Below, piece by piece: positions 16,401 through 21,946 of a stretch of 39,024 bases of DNA. Made by a program: the position numbers and the translations under genes. Under the pieces are notes generated by a model, which was not told the origin of the DNA, did not search any database, and saw only the letters and a program-made list of their open reading frames with translations. The stretch lies in contig CAZCOO010000005.1 in NCBI GenBank assembly GCA_964500395.1, forward strand, positions 1 to 39,024, given 5' to 3'. Numbering within the stretch: position 1 is the stretch's first letter; the number at the start of each line of letters is the position of its first letter. This DNA comes from an uncultured Verrucomicrobiota bacterium. GTDB lineage: Bacteria > Verrucomicrobiota > Kiritimatiellia > CAZCOO01.

Positions 16401-18169
16401 ACGTAGTCGGGGCGCTCCTGCAGGATTTCATCCACCCGGTCCACCAGGGGAAGCAGGCTGGGCTCTTCGTCACAGAGGTAGGCGATCTCGAGGAAGACAT
16501 CAATCTCCAGCAGGGGCGCCTCGGCCAGCCGCTCCTGCACCCAGCGCTCCACGTAGCGGGTGCTCTGGCCGCAGTGGGCATTGAGGGCGCGCGCATAGGC
16601 CAGGTAGAGCCCGGCCCGGGCCGGGTCGTCGTCCCGCTCCCAGGCCCGCTGGAGAAACGGCATGGCCGCCACCAGCCGGTTTTTTTCCACCAGGAGGGAG
16701 CCGAACTCATACCAGGACAATGCGGGGGCCCACGTGCGGAAGAGTTCGAGGGCCCGGTCGGTCTCGTGGTTTTCCACGAGCAGGGCGAGGACCTGGGCCA
16801 TGGTATCGTGCCGGGCGGCAAGCTCCTGGTCGCGCAGGGCTGTGTCCCAGGCTTCGATGGCGGCCTCCGGCCGTTCCTTGACCCAGTACGACCACCCGAG
16901 ATCCCGCCAGGCCGCCGTCCGGGACGGATCGAGTTCCACCTGGCGGCGCAGGAGTTCAATTCGCTTGTCGACTTCTTTTACGCGCCCGGCGCGATTGGCC
17001 AGGGCCCGGATCAGGTGGCGGCGGACGCGTTCGTCGTCGGGATGGTCCGCATGCAGTGCCTCCAGAATGTCGATGGCCTCCCGATCGTTCTCTTTTTCCC
17101 CGGCGTGCAGGGCGCGGGCCAGCCCCTGGATATAGGCGACATCATCGGTATCGACCGCCTGAAGAAACGCATCGGCGGCGGCGCGCCCCTCCGTATCGAG
17201 GAGCAGCCGGGTCTTCAGGATGAGGCCCCGGCGATGGTCCGGGGCGCTCTCCAAAACTCGGTCGAGGGTGGCCAGGGCCTTGCCGGTCTCGCCGCCGTCC
17301 AGATACGCCTCGGAGGCCCAGAACCACCAGGAGGCCGGCGGGGCATCCGCGGCCTCGGCGGTCTCTACCCAGGTGCGAGCCGCGCGCAGGGGTTCGCGAT
17401 TGTGCCGGTAGGCCCAGCCCAGGTTGACGCGGGCCTGCAACCAGTCCGGCCGCAGGGTGACGGCGCGTTCGTAGGCCTCGACGGCAGGCCGGGGCGCCCG
17501 GGCCTGCAGGTGGCGGTCGCCGAGTACGCTCCAGGCCAGGGCGGTGAGGTTGCTTTGAACCGCATTTGTCGGGGCCAGACCGGCGACCGTCGCCTTTCCG
17601 GGGGCGGGCGCCACGGCCAGTTCGCACACGGCGTGGGCCGCCTGCTGAAGACCCTCCCGGGGGGCCGTCTGGGCCCATCGCGAGGCGAGGAGGGTCACCA
17701 TGTTGGTATCCCCGCCGGCCCAGGCCGTCTGCAGCATGCGCTGAACCGAGGACGGGGAGATCAATTCGATCTCCTCATCGGGCAGCGCCATCCACTGGGT
17801 GCGGATGCGGTGCCGCTTCCCCGTCTCCATCCACATCAAGAATTGCCATTCCCGAATCTCTATGGGCTCGGACACGCCCAGATCCAGCGCCGTATCGAAG
17901 GCCTCCTCCGCCTCTTCGTATTCTTCCCGCAGCATTTGCACCCGGCCGAGCTGGGCCCAGGCGGCCGGGTACGCCGGATCCAGGGACACCGCCCGCCGGG
18001 CCAGATCCAGCGCCTCGCCGTACTGTTGCGCGCCCAGCCGCTCCCGGCTTTCGTGCAGGACCTCGCGCACAGAGACGACGTCATCAGCGGCCCGCCCGGA
18101 GGCGCCGAACAGCCCGCCCAGCATGCAAACACCTGCCAGAACCATCCATATTCTCGAACGCCTCATCAC
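13436..18169 (-). CDS. Giant secreted TPR scaffold with an embedded CE4-like insert and a C-terminal outer-membrane beta-barrel (PgaA/PelB/BcsC-like exporter)
   Basis: 1,577 aa. The signal peptide is MMRRSRIWMVLAGVCMLGGLFGASGRAADD. TPR-type helices span about aa 40-960 and 1210-1295. A non-TPR insert at aa 965-1200 (nt 14570..15277) resembles a polysaccharide-deacetylase fold (VPVLAYRNV.., KRVVLVLVEPESSAIPDLDTLLKEHDIRAVLA, ILFYPSGDYG). The last 275 aa or so are alternating beta-strands ending in ..RVALQVRF. The GTG at 18169 or ATG at 18166 overlaps the upstream stop. Confidence 0.75.
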   Translation of the reverse strand: MMRRSRIWMVLAGVCMLGGLFGASGRAADDVVSVREVLHESRERLGAQQYGEALDLARRAVSLDPAYPAAWAQLGRVQMLREEYEEAEEAFDTALDLGVSEPIEIREWQFLMWMETGKRHRIRTQWMALPDEEIELISPSSVQRMLQTAWAGGDTNMVTLLASRWAQTAPREGLQQAAHAVCELAVAPAPGKATVAGLAPTNAVQSNLTALAWSVLGDRHLQARAPRPAVEAYERAVTLRPDWLQARVNLGWAYRHNREPLRAARTWVETAEAADAPPASWWFWASEAYLDGGETGKALATLDRVLESAPDHRRGLILKTRLLLDTEGRAAADAFLQAVDTDDVAYIQGLARALHAGEKENDREAIDILEALHADHPDDERVRRHLIRALANRAGRVKEVDKRIELLRRQVELDPSRTAAWRDLGWSYWVKERPEAAIEAWDTALRDQELAARHDTMAQVLALLVENHETDRALELFRTWAPALSWYEFGSLLVEKNRLVAAMPFLQRAWERDDDPARAGLYLAYARALNAHCGQSTRYVERWVQERLAEAPLLEIDVFLEIAYLCDEEPSLLPLVDRVDEILQERPDYVSRVTDILQGFADYLFEGRRFARAYTLYRRVLERDPSRSLWVKTIELAERLNRPDEARTVLERALEKDLPQAAELRLQGKRALWDEDDDTAIERFAASLAADPEQPFLRAQLFDLLIDADRFEAAAREAAWFERQVELGREEFRSELAHMLSRLGNLSEALNIWYMAHYTSPEVTYYGLETAETLKKLCQPGEARTILEELADLNPNEKVYYSLAELESALANREAAFDWATLGIQTHPSILLYRLRSELAEYLEDWETTLADSRAYLEQDPGYVPMARAVGRAYLGMEQWTNAQHTYEDLLARNPEFFPALLRLRELASRREAFQEALDYADALVDQRPWDIETIRRHAISLAEDEQFRPAIRELADVSEPHPSQAVPVLAYRNVTACDYPGFNSVKQVADHVQAITSNGFSFLHIGEDVDPDAREKRVVLVLVEPESSAIPDLDTLLKEHDIRAVLAGEPSYLRFQFGTGEGGLAYREILQSPRWQIAGSGPPDDERRPVNAEGVRGNPLTHRLYEEGRRETLDEMRDRVRNALAAAAEQLPGEGPKILFYPSGDYGHFSLDTEPDSLEVLHEAAEEFFDYALFLDDSGFMGPERDPLRLPAKSVAPYWGATNVVAHISEGNPLIRAKLELAKVLYWHRQHVRANRWFREVRDLGADPLQVEFNWGANAYQQGDLPSALEHLRNARDLAPDDEKIQDALDRAENKKRLQLEVDARGWEDSDERTFERDGARAHGFVSDHLRLGLFGDYNRWTRDGLGVEEGIRTGGDLLWFYFPQQWLRGELWWMDFDNPEIDDHLGGRANVHLPNRPFSGYVELEWWRDQVETIEAVRDEILFDQFGLYTYSRALDLWDVYANGFAILRTDENDTYMVNGRIVRRLQEWPYLGAGYRFRFADSDRDPDEYYAPEELQKHQLYAALRGTYRLLHYTTSGEAGYAREGDGDWKFVWGARLNADLRLTRRLSLLGSVSHFETPDYERDTWRVALQVRF

Positions 18170-20130
18170 TCTGCCTCTCTCTTTGCCGACCGGAGGGCCT
18201 CCGACCGCATCGCCCCCGCCACGCCGTACGGCCGATCCGCGAGGCGGAGGCCCTCGGCGACGAGATGATGGGCGGGGATGTGATACATGAGGGCCTCGAG
18301 GGCCTCTCTCTGCTGCGGCCCCTCCGTGATCAACAGAATCCCCGGCGCGGGATCGGGGGGACTCTCGGCAATGGAGAGGGCCGTTTCGGGCGAGATGATG
18401 CTCACGATCTGGACGGCTTCAGCCCGGCAGGCCTCGATCAGCTTCGGGTGGTACCCCGATACGGCGATGGAATCGATGAGCGCCCCCATCAGCGGGTCAT
18501 CGCGCACGGCCCGGAGTTCGCTCATCACCGCCTCCACCTGCTGGAGGTCGAGTTCGCCGGCCGGGTTGATCCTCGGGATGGCGGCGATTCCCTCGGCCGC
18601 CGCGGCCAGCACCGCATCCCGGCGGGACCGGGACAGGTCAAACTCGGGACGTTCTTCCATCCCGAACCAGGGGGGCACCCAGTAGGTCACCCGCCGGCGG
18701 ACATCGTCGGGCAGTTCCAGCAGCGCGGGGCCGACCAGGTACAGCGGGGGCAGCGCCTCCGCCTCAAAATCGTACAGGGTCACGGCGCCCTCGTCTTCGT
18801 GAATAAACTGAATCTTGCCGTGGTCGACGGTTCTGGAGACCGGGGCCGGATCGATCACGGCGGTGCCGTCACAGCTCACCCACAGCCGATTGCGCTTGAT
18901 CCGCACCTCGACGGTGTGGCGGTTGGTGGGGCCCTCCGTATAGGGATGCCAGGCAACCGTGTGCATCTGGTTGTAGAGGCGCTCCTGGATGCGCATCCCT
19001 TCGGCTGAGGAGGTCAGCCGGATGTACGCATGGGGCCCGGCGAAACGGAGATACAGGCAGGCGAGACCGTCCCCGCGGAGCTGCCAGGAAAACCGGATCC
19101 GGGCATCCATCCAGTCGCTGCTGCCGCGAAGCAGCACCCGGCCGTCCGGAGCGATCCGCACGCCTCCCTCGCGCTCCGCCACAGGGCCTTCGGCAAACCA
19201 GCGCTCCCCCGTGGAGATGTAGTCGACGGAGGTGAGGTTCGGGGAAAACCGTTCAATCTCCGCCAGGAGGTCCTCCCCCGTCCAATCCCCCCGGGCGCGC
19301 AGGCGGGTCAGGTGATAGGGATTGTCACGCAGGCCATTAAAGGGATCCCCGCTGCCGGTTATCGCGAGCTGATGGTAATCCCGCACGACCTGGCGATTGA
19401 GCTGGGCCGCCATGGGATCGGCGAGCCGGCCCGTCCCGGGATCGGCAAAGGGGTACAGATAGAGGAGGGGCGGGGCGCCGCCCGTCGTCAGCAGCTCGGC
19501 GGCCGTCCGGTAATCTTCCGTGACCCGGCGGGCAAATTCTTCTTCGGTCTCCCGGCGGCCCTTGTGCCATTTGCGATTGCTGAGGAAATGCCCCTCCAGC
19601 CTCGACTCATCGATGGCAATGGTTTTGTTTGCATCGTGTCCCATGCTGGCCAGGGTCCAGTGGTCCATGCCGGCGATCTTCCCGATGTCGCCCTCTTTCA
19701 CCTGGTGGTGCCCCCACTCGTCCGTGACAAACGTGGGAACGGCCATCACGGCGCTGTAGCCGAAGTGTTGCAGGATCGGCGTCGACCGGATGAGGCTGTC
19801 CTTCCGTCCGCCCTCAAAGATCAGCAGGACCGCCTTCTCCGGCAAGGGCGTGCCTTCGCGGTAAAACCGCAGGACATCTCCGGGCGTGATGGTCTTGAAT
19901 CCCGCCCCATGCAATGCGCCGAGCTGTTCATTCAGGCGGCCCGGGCTCACGTAGCGCGGATCCTCATCCCGGGTAATCCCCTCGTAGGACACGGCGTAGA
20001 ACCCCTTCCAGGAGTGCCACGCCTCCGGCTCCCGCTCCGGCTCGGGCTTGGGGCGGAGGAGATACCAGGCATAGCCCACGACGATCAGCGTGACCACGAA
20101 CCACTGGAAGAGGACAAACACTTTTTTCAT
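18166..20130 (-). CDS. Membrane-anchored polysaccharide-deacetylase-like (CE4) protein with degenerate catalytic motif, plus a jelly-roll (LamG/DUF1080-like) domain and a C-terminal domain of unknown function
   Basis: The N-terminal TM is MKKVFVLFQWFVVTLIVVGYAWYLL. The CE4-like core is KAVLLIFEGGRKDSLIRSTPILQHFGYSAVMAV..LASMGHD..LYLYPFADPG. FEGG (nt 19807..19818) stands where NodB motif 1 has FDDG. The middle domain is RIRFSWQLRGDG..LYLRF..VEVRIKRNRLWVSCDGTAVID..GKIQFIHEDEGAVTLYDFE. The ATG at 20130 forms an ATGA overlap with the synthase gene's stop. Confidence 0.65.
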   Translation of the reverse strand: MKKVFVLFQWFVVTLIVVGYAWYLLRPKPEPEREPEAWHSWKGFYAVSYEGITRDEDPRYVSPGRLNEQLGALHGAGFKTITPGDVLRFYREGTPLPEKAVLLIFEGGRKDSLIRSTPILQHFGYSAVMAVPTFVTDEWGHHQVKEGDIGKIAGMDHWTLASMGHDANKTIAIDESRLEGHFLSNRKWHKGRRETEEEFARRVTEDYRTAAELLTTGGAPPLLYLYPFADPGTGRLADPMAAQLNRQVVRDYHQLAITGSGDPFNGLRDNPYHLTRLRARGDWTGEDLLAEIERFSPNLTSVDYISTGERWFAEGPVAEREGGVRIAPDGRVLLRGSSDWMDARIRFSWQLRGDGLACLYLRFAGPHAYIRLTSSAEGMRIQERLYNQMHTVAWHPYTEGPTNRHTVEVRIKRNRLWVSCDGTAVIDPAPVSRTVDHGKIQFIHEDEGAVTLYDFEAEALPPLYLVGPALLELPDDVRRRVTYWVPPWFGMEERPEFDLSRSRRDAVLAAAAEGIAAIPRINPAGELDLQQVEAVMSELRAVRDDPLMGALIDSIAVSGYHPKLIEACRAEAVQIVSIISPETALSIAESPPDPAPGILLITEGPQQREALEALMYHIPAHHLVAEGLRLADRPYGVAGAMRSEALRSAKREAE

Positions 20131-21791
20131 GCCGCAGCTTCCTTCTTCTCCCGGGTCCCCCACTCCGGCGTCCAGAAGGTGATGACGGCCCAGGGCAACT
20201 GCCAGACCAGCACGAGAAGATAAAAATAGCAGAAAAACACCCCGTAGCCCCAGAGCGCGGACCGGCGGGCAAAGAGGTAACTCGTACTCATCAGCGAACT
20301 CATGAGCAGAATCCCGAACAGGTAGATCAGGGGCGTGCCGTGATGGAAAAACGGCACATAGATCAAGGCCCGGAAGACGATGGCCGGACTCAGCACGGGC
20401 AGAATCAAGCCCAGGTAGAAGGACAGGGACATCAGCGGCTGACGCCGCCAGAAAAAGCCGCAGGCCCGAATGGATTCCCGGAACCAGGACCGCTTCCAGC
20501 GCATCTGCTGGCGCAAAAAGGTCCGGTAGTCTTCCGGCACGATCGTGGTACAGCGGGAGCGTGAATCGTACTTCAGCTTGTGCCCGGCCTTGAGGAGAAA
20601 ATTCGTAATCGAGCGATCGTCGCCGAAGGTGGCCGGGGACCCGAGGAACGTCTGCTTCACCCAGGGCTCGAGGAACGGCTCCAGGGTACTGCGGCGGTAC
20701 GCGGAGAGCGGGCCGGAAAGACAGGTAATGGAGTCAAAGATGCTCTCCGCGCCCTTCATAATGCGAAACCCGATGTAGTACCGCACCGCCTGCATCTTGG
20801 TGAGCATATTGTCCCAGGCGTTTTCCACATCGCAATGGCCGGTAACCGCCGCGACCTCTTCGTCCTGAAACCCGTCCACGAGATTGCGGATGGCATTGGT
20901 TTCCAGAAAACTGTCCGAATCGATAAAGATGACGATCTCGCCGGTCGTGATGCGGGTGCCCGCCACCAGGCCGTCCCGTTTGCCCTGCGATTCTTCGAAG
21001 TTGATAATGGTCAATTCCGGGTATTTCTCCCGCGCCCGGTTCATCGCCGCGAGGGTGGCATCCGTACTCCCGTCATTGATGGCCACAACCTCCATCTTGT
21101 CTGCCGGGTACCGGCTTTCCATCACCTGCATGATGGTTCGCTCGATGTGCTCTTCCTCGTTCTTGGTGGGGATGATGACCGAAACCGTCGGCAGGTCCTC
21201 CCGGGGTTTCGGCGGGCGGTAGAACCCGGCGAAGAGAAACCGGCTCACCAGGTACCCGCCCACGGTGAGGCTGTAGAGGAAAATGGGGACGTCGAACCAG
21301 AAGTAGTACAGGTTGCCGTACTTAATGAGCAGGATGAGACTGATGGTCAGAAAGCAGCCGATCACCGCGCCCCAGCGCAGATACGTCCAGGTGGTGCGGG
21401 CGAGCCGCCGGCTGAGCGACTCGCTGAACTGCACCCCCGCGATTCCCGCGGCCTCGTCGTGCCGGCGAATCTCGGCATCGAGTTCGTACTGCCGGTTCTG
21501 AAACTCCTCCGGCATGGCCGCTTCGGGTACCTTGAAGCGAAGCTTGACCCGCTTCTCGCCGCCCGGCAACTCCACATTCTCGAGGCGCAGCCCGCCATCG
21601 GAGATGTCGGACGCGGTCCCCGTGAAGACCTGTTCGGTCTCCCCCTGCCCCACGATGATTTCCACGGGAAAGTCGACCCGGTAGCGGGAGTATTGCCGCC
21701 GATCGCTGGGATCGGGCCTCGCCAGGGCGCGCAGTCGCCGATCCTGAATCTTATGAGGGACCTTTCCCCCGGTATTGTCTTCGCCGTTCAT
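20127..21791 (-). CDS. N-terminal PilZ domain fused to a processive family-2 glycosyltransferase of the hyaluronan/chitin (HasA/NodC) synthase type
   Basis: PilZ motifs are RRQYSR (nt 21684..21701) and DISDGG (nt 21591..21608). GT2 motifs are VSVIIPTKNEE, INDGSTD, FIDSDS, CLSGPLSAYRR, GDDRSITNF and QQMRWKRSWFRES (QQMRW at nt 20496..20510). TM helices flank the GT domain. The GDDR..TN and QQxRWxxSxFRES strings closely resemble streptococcal HasA as I recall it. Confidence 0.8.
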   Translation of the reverse strand: MNGEDNTGGKVPHKIQDRRLRALARPDPSDRRQYSRYRVDFPVEIIVGQGETEQVFTGTASDISDGGLRLENVELPGGEKRVKLRFKVPEAAMPEEFQNRQYELDAEIRRHDEAAGIAGVQFSESLSRRLARTTWTYLRWGAVIGCFLTISLILLIKYGNLYYFWFDVPIFLYSLTVGGYLVSRFLFAGFYRPPKPREDLPTVSVIIPTKNEEEHIERTIMQVMESRYPADKMEVVAINDGSTDATLAAMNRAREKYPELTIINFEESQGKRDGLVAGTRITTGEIVIFIDSDSFLETNAIRNLVDGFQDEEVAAVTGHCDVENAWDNMLTKMQAVRYYIGFRIMKGAESIFDSITCLSGPLSAYRRSTLEPFLEPWVKQTFLGSPATFGDDRSITNFLLKAGHKLKYDSRSRCTTIVPEDYRTFLRQQMRWKRSWFRESIRACGFFWRRQPLMSLSFYLGLILPVLSPAIVFRALIYVPFFHHGTPLIYLFGILLMSSLMSTSYLFARRSALWGYGVFFCYFYLLVLVWQLPWAVITFWTPEWGTREKKEAAA

Positions 21792-21946
21792 GTCTCCCCC
21801 AACATGGTCTGGCCGACCGGCTCGTTTCTATGTCCAGAATATCCTGTCACGCCGTAAGATACAGCACATATTTTCAAAATTTCCCCCCTGCCTGTTCGGA
21901 CGAGTTCGCCATTGGTTTTCCGGCACAACTTTGCTAGAGAGTCCCC
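21792..21946. promoter_or_regulatory. Divergent intergenic control region between the synthase operon and the GGDEF/HD-GYP regulator gene
   Basis: 155 nt, locally AT-richer (..ATATTTTCAAAATTTCCCC..), flanked by two outward-facing start codons. Both promoters must lie here. I could not define a convincing consensus promoter. Confidence 0.5.

Noticed and set aside
21921-21935. Sigma-54-like promoter CGGCACAACTTTGCT upstream of the GGDEF/HD-GYP gene.
   Set aside because: The GG-to-GC spacing is one nucleotide short of the strict TGGCAC-N5-TTGC geometry. The element also ends only about 12 nt before the ATG, leaving no room for a transcript start plus ribosome-binding site.
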